Below, piece after piece: positions 37,626 to 51,200 of a stretch of 64,000 nucleotides of DNA (its first letter is position 1; every line of letters starts with the position of its first letter). This stretch comes from Octopus sinensis. Lineage: Eukaryota. Under the pieces are notes generated by a model. It saw only the letters and a list, made by a program, of their open reading frames with translations. It was not told the origin of the DNA and made no database searches. Made by a program: the position numbers and the translations under genes. The DNA lies in NCBI RefSeq assembly GCF_006345805.1, contig NC_043011.1, positions 56,742,464 through 56,806,463 of the forward strand, in the 5' to 3' direction.

Positions 37626-37959
37626 ACGTCTTTTGAGTATGTAGATGATTTTGATCTCATATAGAAGCAGTTTTTGAAGCTGAAGGTGGTTTTATTGAAT
37701 AACATTATAGAAAAGAAGGTTTATTTTTATCCTCATAACATTTTTTGATAAATAAAGTTATTATCTGTTATTATATATCTGATTTTTTTAATAAACATTA
37801 ATCTGTCCTCAAATATCTTACACACCCTGAGTATGTATGTATGTATGTATGTATGTATGTATGGCATTTGCAGAATTCTTATACATTGAAATGACAGAAG
37901 AGTCCACCACCACTACCATGTACTTGTATATGTGTGTGTGTGTGTGTGTGTATAATTAT

Positions 37960-38535
37960 AATCATAGCTATCACCTCATTAGCACATCATGTCAGATCAT
38001 GGCTAGCATCTTATTCCGAAATCAAAAGGAGCACCATAAGACTTCGACTGATACAAAGAGGAACATGCCGCAACTCCAAAGGAAAATCCTGTAGGACAAT
38101 ATTTTCATTCTCTTTCAGAAATAACATTATGCAATCCATACAATGTTATGTCTGTCGTCCAGTGTTATGTAATCCATGCTACGATAGGTGGAAATATGTC
38201 TTAACTCTACAGTCTTCAGATGTCATGATTTGAAGGTCAATTTGTCAGAAAAAGCAAAAGAAAATCACTACATCAGATCTAAAAGGCTCTTAAACAAACT
38301 GAAAAATCCAGCAGAAAAATATTTGCTTTGGTTTTTCTCAAACGAGAAAAACTTTGACCAAAATCAAAAAGTTAACAGAAGAAATAACAGATGGTTATGT
38401 GCAGATCTTTCTCAAGTTCCAAGTGTTATGCATATGAAATTTCCTGCAACTGTCATGGCTTTAAGGGTTGTCAGCAATGAAGGACATGTGATGCCTCCTG
38501 ATGTATTTCCACAAGGCCTTAGAGTTAACTTTAAT
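37960..38535 (+). mobile_element. maT/DD37D-like transposase remnant
   Basis: FFSNEKNFDQNQKVNRRNNRWLC...KFPATVMALRVVSNEGHVMPP-VFPQGLRVN. Confidence 0.8.
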
Positions 38536-39876
38536 GAATGCTTTGGGGTGAGTTCACTTGGGTGTGTCACAATACGGAAATGGACTGGACTCTTATAGCT
38601 TTCACTTGATATTGCTTGAAGGTTTGAAAACAATAAATCTTAATAAAAGGCTTTTAGAAATAAGCCAAAGTAAAGTTAGAATAAAACCAGCTGGGATTTT
38701 ATGTTAGATCAAACTGTTAACCTCCAAGTGACTATTGGCCATTTAATGATTCTATGGAGGCAACAGCTGTAGGGTGAGATTCATAAAAAAGTCCAGGTTT
38801 TTAATTCAGCCACCCACTTCCCTTGTAAATTCCATCGAAGCCATACACTCATTCACATACACACTAACATGAAAACATCCACATACTCACATACACAAAA
38901 TTGAAATACTAAGATGGTTACACGCATACTATATATATTATACATATGGAGACACACATCATCATCATCATCATCATCATCGTTTAACGTCCGTTCTCCA
39001 TGCTAGCATGGGTTGGATGGTTCGACCGGAGATCTGGGAAGCCAGAAGGCTGCACCAGGCTCCAGTCTTATCTGGCAATGTTTCTACAGCTGGATGCCCT
39101 TCCTAACGCCAACCACTCCGTGAGTGTAGTGGGTGCTTTTTACGTGCCACCTGCACAGGTGCCAGGCGAGGCTGGCAACGGCCACGGTCGGATTGGTGTA
39201 TTTTATGTGCCACCAGCACGGAAGCCAGTCGAGGCAGCGCTGGCATCAGCCACGAGTCGGATAGTGCTTTTTACGTACCACCAGACCAGGGATCCTGGCT
39301 GGTTCAATTCGATTTCGATTTCGCTTGCCCCAACATGTCTTCGCAAGCAGAGGGGGTTGGCATGGGTGCCTAAACACATACATATCCACACACACACACA
39401 CACACACACACATGCGCATATACATACACACATATATCAACATACATAAATACTCATACTAACATGAATTAGCATCAGCATACTCGCACACACGCAAGTA
39501 CACGTACATGCACATACACACACACGTACACTCACACACATATACACACATGCACACATACACATTTGTACACACATGTACACACAGATATAGAGGCACA
39601 TGCACACATATATGCCATACTCATTCAAGTACAAATGTATATATGTATGTTTACACACCTGTCTCAGTATGCACATGACTATGTCCAGATATAAAAAAAA
39701 TATATACACACTCACATGTATATCTGTGTGTGTGTGTGTGTAAATCCACTCACAAGACTTTAGTCAGCCCAGAGTTCTTGTAGATGACACTTGTCGTAGC
39801 AGCCACGCAGTGAAACTGAACCCAGAGCCATGTCGATGCAAAGCAAGCCCTTTAACCACATAGCTATGTCTTCACT

Positions 39877-39932
<56 letters not shown>

Positions 39933-39968
39933 ATATATATATATATTATATATATATATATATACACA

Positions 39969-40165
39969 CCATGATAGATCGTTAGCCACTACACACATTT
40001 TTTTCTCTCCTTGTTTCTCTCTTTGTTTTTTCTGTGTCCCTTTCTGTAGAAAAGCATAGGCTCGAAACGTAAAAGACTTTTTCTATTCCTGAGCGTTATA
40101 CTAATACATCTGTTTGTTTTGTGCACCACCTGTCTTCGTCTTTTGTTTTTTTCGTAAACTCTCCC
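39969..40165 (+). mobile_element. (TA)n-flanked hammerhead-like repeat, copy 4
   Basis: CTTT-CTGTAGA-A-AAGC(ATAG)GCTC-GAAACGTA-AAAG. Confidence 0.75.
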
Positions 40166-41342
40166 TTTATATATATATATAATCAAAATCGAAATTGAAA
40201 TCTCTCAACATCAATGGAAATTGTAGCTGAGATACCAGTGCCGGTGGCACGTAAGAGAACCGTCCGAACATGGCCGTTGCCAGCCCCGCCCCGACTGGCC
40301 TCTGTGCCGGTGGCATGTAAAAAGCACCATCCAATTGTGGCCGTTGCCAGCCTCGTCTGGCCCCCGTGCCAATGGCACGTAAAAAGCACCATCCGATCGT
40401 GGCCGTTTGCCAGCCTCGTCTGGCACCTGTGCAGGTGGCACATAAAAAGCACCCACTACACTCTCGGAGTGGTTGGCGTTAGGAAGGGCATCCAACTGTA
40501 GAAACACTGCCAGATCAGACTGGGCCTGGCGCAGCCTCCTGGCTTCCCAGACCCCAGTTGAACCGTCCAACCCATGCTAGCATGGAAAACGGACGTTAAA
40601 CGATGATGATGATGATGATGATGATGATATATATATATATGTATATATATAATTATATATATATATGTGTGTGTATTTATATATGTATGTATGTATGTAT
40701 GTATGTCCAGCCTCCAATATATATATATATTGGAAGCTGGACAACTCCCCGGCTGGCCAGCTCTTGTCAAACTGTCCAGCCCATGCCAGCATGGATAGCG
40801 GATGTTAGACAATGACAATGATGATGATGATATCGATATAAGTTGATGGAAGCAATTTCGTCTAATTTATCTCATGCAGAACTACAATGAAACGCTTGCA
40901 GCTGACATGAGCACATCTAACCCTTGAGGAAGTCGTCTAATATTTTCATTATTCAGCTATTTCGACCTCGATTACTTGAACGACAGACTGGTTAGGTAAG
41001 CTACACTCAGCTGTCATAAGACAAAATAAAACTGGTTTATTATTGAGAAGATCATGTCTGTGTGATTAGAAAACATTGCCAATCAATGTTACTCTCTCAA
41101 ATTAAAGATACCCCAGAGAATAGTTTTAAATGGTGGGGGTCTCTGTTTCAGCTTAAAAAGCTTTTATCTATTTTTTTATTATTTTTGTTCCTTTCTTAAC
41201 ACACACACACTATTCAATTTGTATTCTAAATTGGTAGGAAATTTTCTGAAAGCTTTTTCTATTTGTAAAAACATAAAATGATGAATGGAAACACCATATA
41301 TATGTATACATATGAGTGTGTGTGTATGTATGTATGTATATG

Positions 41343-41417
<75 letters not shown>

Positions 41418-42832
41418 ATATATATATATATGTATGTATATATATATATAATAACAAAATAATAAATAAAACATATGCATATATACATACATATATGTAC
41501 GTACCTACATCTATATGTATATATACATGCATATATGGGTACAGGACACCAAAAAACGTTATATAAATATATATATATATGTACATACATATATGTGTAT
41601 GTATGTATCTATGTCAGCATAGAAGGTGGAAGTTAAATGATGATGATGATATATGTATGTATATGCATGTATATAGGTATATGTGTGTGTGTGTATCTGT
41701 GTGTGTGTGTGTGTGTGGTTTTCAGCTTTGAACTAAATTAGATTGATATCAGGATCTCTTAAAGGAATATCTACATCAGGAGAGTATATAGATGCGCTAA
41801 TGTTATTTTGAAGAAGTGTCAGTTCTGCTGAAACAGCAGAACAGCAGCAAACTAAATGCTTTATAGCAGGTTATGGTGTTTTTATTTAGAATTTCTAGGA
41901 TTCTAGGAAGACCATCATCAGCAGCGTAGGACACACATTTATTCCCATTACATCAATTCACAAACATAAACACATCAGTGATGATGAAGTAGTAGATATA
42001 TTAAACTAAAACAAAACAAAAATAGCAAGATCGTTTTGGTATCAGGGCTTAACGATTGTTGGCCAACACATATTCATAATCCATTTACTGTTATATTTAT
42101 CAGAATCAGAATATAATAATAAACGAGAGCCTTGAAAGTAAGAGTTGTCATCATGTCTGCCTCGTATGTTTTACCCAATCAATTTACAACGCATAAGGCT
42201 TAATCGCTTTCTTCAGATAAAAAAAAAAACTGGTCTCTTTTAAGTGATTTAAAATATGTATGAGATTGAGAGTCTTATGACAAAAGCATTTTACAACTTG
42301 GAGGAGGTCAGAAAAATAGTCATTGAAAGAAAGAATTGGAGAGGATCAAACAATTACTTCGAGGAATTTGACTCCAGCAGATCCAAAGATTCAATCTTTA
42401 GTGACATATTAATGCTAATAATAAAGATTTCCCCTCCTCCTCCTCCTTCTCCTCCTCCTCATGATTATTATCATTATCACTATTTTGATTAGCATATTCT
42501 TTCAATTCTGTTTCCATTTCTTGTCAAGTGTCTTCCTGACACCTAGGGCAGAGAAATGTACTGTATACATTGGTAGGCCATTAAAACAAACACATCAGAT
42601 TGTTTATTTACAGAATCATGTGATCGAGTAAAAGGGGAAGAGAGAGAAAAAGGAAAAAATTTTAAAAATTGGGAAATAAACGAATAAAATAGAGGGGGGA
42701 AAGGAAAAGAAAATTCACAGCCACAATGCTCTTTGCAATATGTGTGACGTACCAGTTAAGACAATTGCCATCATCATCATCACCATCATCATCATCACCA
42801 TCATCATCATCACCATCATCATCATACTTTGA

Positions 42833-43006
42833 CATCTAATTAGTGACGCGTATGAATGGATCAACGAGATTCCCACTGTCCCTATTTACTGTCTAGTGAA
42901 ACCACAGCCAAGGAAACGGGCTTGGACAGATTGGCAGGGAAAGAAGACCTTGTTGAGCTTGACTCTAGTCCAGTTTTGTGAGGGCACACAGTAGGCGTAG
43001 CATAGG
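42833..43006 (+). pseudogene. 28S rRNA fragment (dispersed pseudogene)
   Basis: CATCTAATTAGTGACGCG-ATGAATGGAT-AACGAGATTCCCACTGTCCCTA...GAAACCACAGCCAAGG...GAAAGAAGACC-TGTTGAGCTTGACTCTAG is conserved eukaryotic LSU sequence, with substitutions. Confidence 0.95.
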
Positions 43007-43455
43007 CAGTAGCATTTGTGTTGCCCCGCCACCACTACCATCATCATCATCGTTGTCATCGTCATTATTATTATTTAAGGTGGCAAGCTGGCAGAGTTGT
43101 TCGCATGCAAGGTGAAATGCTTAGTGGTATTTTGTTTGTCTTTACATTCTGAGTTCAAATTCCTCCAAGGTTGACTTTGTGTGTGTGCTTTCAGATACAA
43201 AAGCACACACACGTGCACACTCTCTCTCACTTTCTCCCCATTCCTCACCTTCTCATACTATCTTATATCTCTCTCCACCCCTATATACTCAATAATACTA
43301 TAAAAAGAGACAAAATTGATGAAAAAGTTCAATCTGACGACTCCACTAGAGTGGATGAAAGTGCTAATATATGATTTATAAAAAAATGTGACATATTAAT
43401 AAATATCTGTAAATATAAAACCATCCAGATTTCTGATTACCTCATTTCTTCTAAG

Positions 43456-43493
<38 letters not shown>

Positions 43494-43496
43494 ATG

Positions 43497-43574
<78 letters not shown>

Positions 43575-43588
43575 TATATGTATATATG

Positions 43589-43655
<67 letters not shown>

Positions 43656-44539
43656 ATATATATATATACATACATACATGTATAGCAGCAGCAGCAGCAA
43701 CAACAACAACAACAGCAACATGACCAGCAGTTTACAATGGCAGCTACAATGGCAGCTACAATGGCATTGGTGCATTAGAACATTAGAACAACAGCACTGA
43801 AACAGGCGGAAAGCAACTATAAGAAGATTAAGGGTTTCTTGCCGGAGCTTCTGAATGATACATCAGTATGAGCAACAACAAATTTACTGTCAAAGGATTG
43901 CTGAAACAATCTGGCAAAGCTTCCACTTTGTTCGGTATTAACGTAGCTGGGAATGTATTTGGAATATGTGAATCTGTGCCATGTAGCTTATAGTGTCCAG
44001 GCACAACAGCCAGTGACTGCTTGAAGCTGATTGAGAAGTTGAAGAACGCTCTTTCAAAAACGAGAAGAGAGAAAGTTTTTGAAAACTATTTTGGTGAAAT
44101 ATCTTCTGCTGCCTTTGAGAAAATGCCTATACTTTTCGTTCCAACAATACACCACTGCTTTAGAAATACAGCAACCACTGAAGAAAGTGCTCTCTCTCTG
44201 GCATTAGCAATTTTTTTAGCTTCATTGATGTTGTCAAAAATGAATTGAATCACTACTTTCAGCAAGAGGGAATGTGCATATGCTGTGAGCGAGAGGATTT
44301 GCATTTATTGGCAGTCAGTTATGGGACGTTTGAGCTTGCAAATGCATCCCTGCATTTTTCGTTTTCTTGCCCTCACTGTCATCACAAAGCAAACTCCTTA
44401 TTGGCCTGTGGATGGAAAAAGAAGCTTTGGCCAAATAATTGCATCGCATTTTTGAAAATGGAGAGCTTCTGATGCTGTTGTTTGTTCTAGCAAGTGTTGA
44501 TGCAAATGCTTCTTGTTTTGTCTTGTATATGTGGAAAAG

Positions 44540-44951
44540 TGCTTCAAATTATTCTAAAAAATGTTCTACTCTCATTTTGGCAATGGAACTTTCCATGAGG
44601 ATTGCAAAGCATTTTCATTGCACAATTGTTTATGCGCATGCATTATGGCACAGTGTGTTAGATGGTGCTGCGTCATTGTGGTACACAGCCAGGTCTTCGT
44701 ATGGCAAAGTGCACCAAACGTTCTCTTGCTAGCAGCTTATTCTGTCTTTGCATCAATTGGGAGAACGTTCATCGCACTTTGCCATTCGGAGACCTGTCTC
44801 CATACCACAATGAGGCAGCACTGCCTAACACACTGTGCCGTAATGTATGTGCATAAAAACTTGTGCAAGAAAAATGCTTTGCACATATTCATGGAAAGCT
44901 TCATTGCCAAAACAATGAAGTATAAGAAATTTTTTGGAAAAATTTGAAGCA
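44540..44951. mobile_element. Fold-back pair of hAT transposase C-terminal (dimerisation domain) fragments
   Basis: Arms 44540-44725 (minus: RTFGALCHTKTWLCTTMTQHHLTHCAIMHAHK) and 44761-44951 (plus: RTFIALCHSETCLHTTMRQHCLTHCAVMYVHK); 35 bp spacer. Confidence 0.8.
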
Positions 44952-45099
44952 TATTTACATAGATATGAGAGTGAGGTGGAAAGTTCACAGGCTGACAATG
45001 AAGGAGAGATGCAAGAGCTGTGGAATCTAGCTTGCAGTAATTTCAAGACTTCTTATTAATAATTATATTGTTTCTTTCTGGGTAAACTGACATCTGATT

Positions 45100-46208
45100 A
45101 TTCAGAGAAACTTCAAATGTAAGTCTTAGCAAGTTCTCTTGAAAATCTACAAAATTTGGCATTGTGTTGTGATCAAATACTGGCAGAAAAAGGGTTTGCC
45201 TCTCAAAGGCATTCATGCTGACATGATTGATATATTAAGGGATGATGCTCCAGCTTTATCAACAATGCAAAAGTAGGCAGCTGAATTTAGGAAGGGAAGA
45301 GAGAGTCTTGAGAAGATCCATGGTCTGGACGTCCTGCAGCTGTTGCCATTGAGGAAAACATTGATTATGTTCACCATTGATTATGTTATGGTGATGGATG
45401 ACAGGCGATTATCTACAAAGCAAATAGTCAATGTTATTAGCGTATCCTGTGAGAGGGTGGAGAATATTCTGCACAATGAACTTAGTATGACAAAGATTTC
45501 TGCTTGGTGAGTGCCACATCTGACATTTGATCAAAAGCGCACCAGGCTGATCACATTATGGGAATATCTGACATTGTCTGAGGCAGATCCAACTTGTTTG
45601 CTTGGACGTTTTCTAACCTAGGATGTGTGTCGGCCTCATCATTTTTGAACCAGAAACAAAGAGGCAATCCATGCAGTGGGAACACTCCTCTTCACTTGCG
45701 CCAAAGAAGGCAAAGTGATTTCATCTGCAGGAAAGGTGATGGCCTCAGTTTTTCATATTGTGTTTATTGACTATCTTCAAAATGATCACACCATCAATGG
45801 AGAGTTCTATGTCAACTTGCTAAGTTAGTTACAAAAGGTTATCAACACCAAACATCCAGAAAAACTAACGTCCTTGGTTACAATGGCTGCTGTGCATGAC
45901 TGGCTTTGAACTGGTTGATCACCCCTCCCTATGTTAGGGATTTGGTTCCATCTGGTTATCATCTCTTTCCCAACTTGTAAAGACACTTGGCTGGATACCA
46001 GTATCACTGTGATGATGACACCTTATCTGCTGTTGATGACCATTTTGACCAACAGAATAACTTCTTCACCAGTGCAATCCAAGCACTGCAACCACTTATG
46101 GAAGTGTGTGGACAGTAAGAGAGGAACTACATTAAAAAATGACCTTCATTTGGTCCCATTCCACAAGGATGTCTTGCTCAGCCTATGAACATTTCAGCTG
46201 AGCTTCAT
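45100..46208 (+). mobile_element. Mariner transposase remnant, near full length
   Basis: VIKYWQKKGL...IHADM...LSTMQK*AAEFRKGRESLE..SGRP; EPETKRQSMQW; SAGKVMASVF; DHPPY..DLVPSGYHLFP. Confidence 0.9.
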
Positions 46209-47229
46209 AAAAAAAAAAAATTATTATTATACCTGCATTTGTATTAATATTAACATTGGAAAAATCAATTTCTTCCGTAAAACATTTTGAACCTGGGTTT
46301 GCACCCCCAAAGCAAATTTCATTCCCAGGCCGCTGCCTGAAAAGCAAATTCAACTTCTGCAGAATTGGAACTCAGAATGTACAGACAGACGAAATGCTAG
46401 TAAGCATTTTGTCTGGTGTGCTAACAATTCTGCCAGCTCGCTGCCTCTAGGCTAAACTTTGTATCAAGACAATGAATTTGATTTTTGTTTTTGTGTTAAA
46501 TAATTCAGTATTTTATTGTTATAAGTTATTGCCATCTTATTCCCAGTATTTCATTAATTATATCATTATTAAAGTTTTCAATTAAAGTTTTAACCTAAAT
46601 TAAGTGCAATCAAAACAACCAAACTCTGTACTTAATTTAACCTCTCTTCAGTTTATAAAGTATTCGCTTGTGTCTCTGCATCTCGGTGGTGATTGATGAC
46701 TCATCAAAATCATTAATAATTAATGGATGTTGATCAAATTAAAACTAAACAGAAAATTTAAAATTTATATGTGTAGACAAAAATTTTAATATCTGAAATA
46801 ATAAACTAACATATTTATTTTTGTTAATAAACAACAGAATTGATGAAGAATAAATTATAATAGTAATGCTAGATTCTTCCGTAGACATTCTAAAAATATA
46901 CCATTTTGCAGATTTAATAAAGAATTACTATTGAAGTTGAGTCGAAGATTTCTCAGTATTTTTCTTGGTTTTTCTTGAAAGATATTCATTAGAAATATTT
47001 CTTGGTGAATTGCTGTTTCTTTAATGAGGAAATGTAAAATTAGTTGAAAAGTTTATCATCATCGTCGTCATCATCATCACCATCATCATTTTAATGCTTG
47101 CTGGAAATTCTGATTGGACAGAATTCATCAATGGAGGTTTTCTATGGCTGGCTGCTCTTCCTGTTACTGACAATTGTTTACAACTAGCATACATATATAC
47201 ATACATACATATATATATATATACATACA

Positions 47230-47299
<70 letters not shown>

Positions 47300-48478
47300 T
47301 TAGTGTAGGAAGAAGATAACAAGATAATTCATTTATCCATTTCAATAATTATATATATATATATATTATATATATATATATGTATATATATACATGTGCA
47401 CACTTATTGCAGATATAAGGGGTATAGGTTTGAGTCCCATACATAGGGAAAACCCACATTTTTTTTGCTGAGGGATTATATGCCCTAATATTAGACTATT
47501 TACCTCAGTCAATGCACAATAATCACTTATAATATTATTATTATTTACAGAATATGTAAGTGTGTGTATATATATATACACACACATGCTAGCATGGAAA
47601 GCAGACGTTAAACAATGATGACGCTGATGATGATGACACACACATACACACACACACACACACATACATACATACATACATACATGTTCTTTTATTCTTT
47701 TACCTGCTTCAGTCATTTGACCACGGCTATGCTGGGGCACTGCCTTTAGTTGAACAAATTGACCCCAGGACTTATTATTGACCCCTAGTACTTATTCTAT
47801 TGGTCTCTTTTGCTGAACCGCTAAGTTATGGAGACTTAAACACACCAGCATCAGTTGTCAAGCAATGGTGGAGTGGTGGGACAAACACAGATACACAAAC
47901 ATTCACACACACACACGGTTTCTGTCTACCAAATCCACTCACAAGGCTTTAGTTGGCCCGAGGCTATAGAAGAAGACACTTACCCAAGGTGCCATGCAGT
48001 GGGACTGAACCTGGAACCATGTGGTTGGTAAGCCAGCTACTTATCCCACAGTCACTCCTGCACCTATATATATATATATATATATGTGTGTATTAATATC
48101 TATATAAATATTCTCTTCTGAATATTTTTACTGCTGATTGGTACTTTTCCCCCTGAGGCTGTCTGCATTTTGGTGCTTAGCAATTAAGGACACCAACAGA
48201 TTTCAACATGGTGGACTGAGAAGATGTTTCAAAGGGTTATGATGTTCTGAAGCAGATAAGATGTTTGTATCAAACCAGAAACCAGTCCACATATATACCT
48301 GTTCCATTAAATATATAGCTTTATGCTATATAGGTATGTGAGAGATTTTTTTCGGTTCACTCACCCGTATACTGTTGAATCTGTTATTTTCAGTCCAAAT
48401 GAGGGTTTTAACTCTTATTTCTAGCAGGTAGACACTTTAATGTGTCCTTTGATTAATGTAATATATATATATTATGTA

Positions 48479-48557
<79 letters not shown>

Positions 48558-49609
48558 ATATATACATACATGCACACACAAACATGCATACAAACATACA
48601 TACATATATATACATACACACACACACATATATATATAAATAGAGAGAGAGAGAGAGAGAGAGAGTGAGAGGAGAGAGGGGAAAGAGAATGTATGTGTGT
48701 CTGTGTGTGAGAAATGTGTGTGTGAGAGAGAGAGAGAGCGAGAGAGCAGCAGGGAGGTGGAGTGTTGCCCTAGCGCTTGGCTGATACTCATCTTCATCAG
48801 AGTGTGAAGTGCCTTGCTTAAGGTCATGATGCATCACTCAGTCCAGAGATCAAAACCACAAATAAATTTGTGTCATTAAGTTAGAAGCACAGGTGTGGCC
48901 ATGTGGTAAGAAGTTTGCTTCCCAACCACAGGGTTCTGGGTTCACTCCCACCTTAGATGTGTAATCAACTAGTCTTAAAACATCCAAGCTATCTTTTACT
49001 TGTTTCATGCATAAACATTAGAGTACGACCATGCTGGGGCACTACTTTGACAGGTTTAGTTGAGCAATTCAGCTGCAGTATTTTTAAAGTCCAGTACTTA
49101 TTCTTTCAATCTCTTTTGCTGAACTGATAAGTCACAGGGATGTAAACAAAGCAACACCTGTTGTTAAGTGACAGAGGGAACAAACACATGAACACAAACA
49201 CACACATGCAAGTACACACACGCATATGATGGGCTTCTACACATTTCCCATGTATTCACAGACAGGGCATTAGTTGGCTCAGGACTACAGCAGAAGACAC
49301 TTGTCCAAGGTGTTGTGCAGTGGGATTGAACCAAAAACCTCACAGTTGTAAAGTGAGCCTCTTAACCACACAGCCATTCCTGCATCTGAGACCAAGAGCA
49401 AATACAAAACAAAACAATTTTCTTTGTGAAATTCTCCGTGGACAAAAACCTTCAATGATCAGCAGTTTGATTTTGAGAAAAGAAAACACAAACATCTGCT
49501 TGTTTAATTGGATAATTTATTGAATGTTTAAACATATCGTCAATAATTACTTTAATAAGTTCAATAATGCAGAATTACAAATTCTCATAACTAAACAAAA
49601 CACATCCCT

Positions 49610-49716
49610 TTTAAAGCAATTGATTTTGTTATTCCATTGAAATAAATTCTCTCAGCAACTTCACTCTTAACAGCAAGAACAGTAAGGTCATTGAGTCTTT
49701 CCTGTGTCATTGTGCC
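49610..49716 (-). mobile_element. hAT dimerisation-domain fragment
   Basis: TMTQERLNDLTVLAVKSEVAERIYF. Confidence 0.7.
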
Positions 49717-50510
49717 TTAACCATTTAGCATTTAAACCAGCAATGTCCAACCTAAATATTTTAAGATCAAACTGTGGGGCAATGCCTAAGAATTTATGAT
49801 GGATGAACTGTAGACAGGAACTTCACTGTGGGCCAGCCAGGGAGCTGGTCTGCAGCAAAGTTTCCTTCCAGTAGGTTTTCTACGTTGACTGGCAGCTGTT
49901 GCCCTCATGTGTCATCATCATTTATCGTCCGTTTTCCATGCTAGCATGGGTTGGACGGTTCAACCAGGGTCTGGAAGCCATGGAGGCTGCACCAGGCTCC
50001 AGTCTGATTTGGCAGTGTTTCTACGGCTGGATGCTCTTCCTAACGCCAACCACTCCGTGAGTGTAGTGGGTATTTTTACGTGCCACCGGCATAGGGGCCA
50101 GAGCAGGCTGGCAAACGGCCACGATCAGTTGGTGCTTTTACGTGTCACTAACACGGACGCCAGTCAGGTGGCGCTGGCATCTGCCACGTTCGGACGGTGC
50201 TTTTTATGTGTCACCAGCATGGGTGTCTTAACTACAATTTCCATTTGAATTTTTATTTTGATGTTGATGTACTTGTCTAACTAAATAAATCTTTCACTAA
50301 CACATTCTGGGTCTCTGTTAATTTCTTTTGTGCATAGCTTAACTAAAACTATAAAACTGGCCAGATTTAGCCTTTCACACCTACCCTACAATGTCATTCT
50401 AAAAATAAACAGTCACATCACTGAAATCTCAAAGCTACAAGATGGTGAATGATTAATTCAAAACAATGTGAAGGAAACGTTTGACAAAATAATTTGAATG
50501 CTAAACGGAA
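49717..50510. mobile_element. Possible piggyBac-type MITE interrupted by later insertions
   Basis: TTAA-CCATTTAGCATTTAAA at left and TTTGAATGCTAAACGG at right (degenerate TIRs). Confidence 0.45.
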
Positions 50511-50993
50511 AAGAATGTCAAGAGGGAACTTTAGTTCGCTGAAAGATCTCTGTTGAAAGATGCTGCAGTTACTGACTCTCGGCAGTATATTTTACTTGTT
50601 TCAGTCACAGGACTGTGGCCATGCTGGGGCACCACCTCAAAAGGTTTTTAGTCAAACAGATTGACCCTAGCATTTATATTTAATAAACATCTAATACATA
50701 TCCTTTTGGTCATGGATGGAAACAAACCAACACAGATTATTAAATGGTGTGGGTATGACAAACATAAATGCAAAGACACACACACACACATATACATATA
50801 CAAAAAGAGAGAGAGTGAGGGAAAGAAAGAGTGAGACATTACAATTTATTAATTGAACATGATTGACAAACACTTTCCTTCCCCTCAAGAGAAGTATACT
50901 CACACACATAAAAAGAAAGAGAGAGGGGAAGAGAGAAAGAGGGAGAGAGACAGACAGACAGACAGAGAAACATAAAAATAATCAGAGTTGAGT

Positions 50994-51200
50994 CAGTGAT
51001 GCCAAACTGGCAGCACTAAACCAGCTGTGCCAAAATGTCATATAACCAAATTCTTCCGTTATTCTTTGATATTGCCACAGAATACAGAACAATCTCTTGT
51101 GTTTACAACATAGAGCTGCTTTGATACTCCAGTAATCACCAAATCATGGAAGATTCCATCTGAATCCAGAATCAGTTTCACAAATATTTTCCGAGACTTC
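50994..51200 (-). mobile_element. Possible hAT (Charlie-like) remnant
   Basis: CAGTGATGCCAAACT terminus-like sequence next to a decayed N-terminal Zn-finger-like piece (DY..S.AALC). Confidence 0.35.

Noticed and set aside
42833-43006. Functional rRNA gene
   Set aside because: Only ~175 bp, mutated at conserved positions, no rDNA unit context
43790-44520. Protein-like stretch upstream of the hAT palindrome
   Set aside because: Fragmented frames with no motif I can assign; probably TE debris
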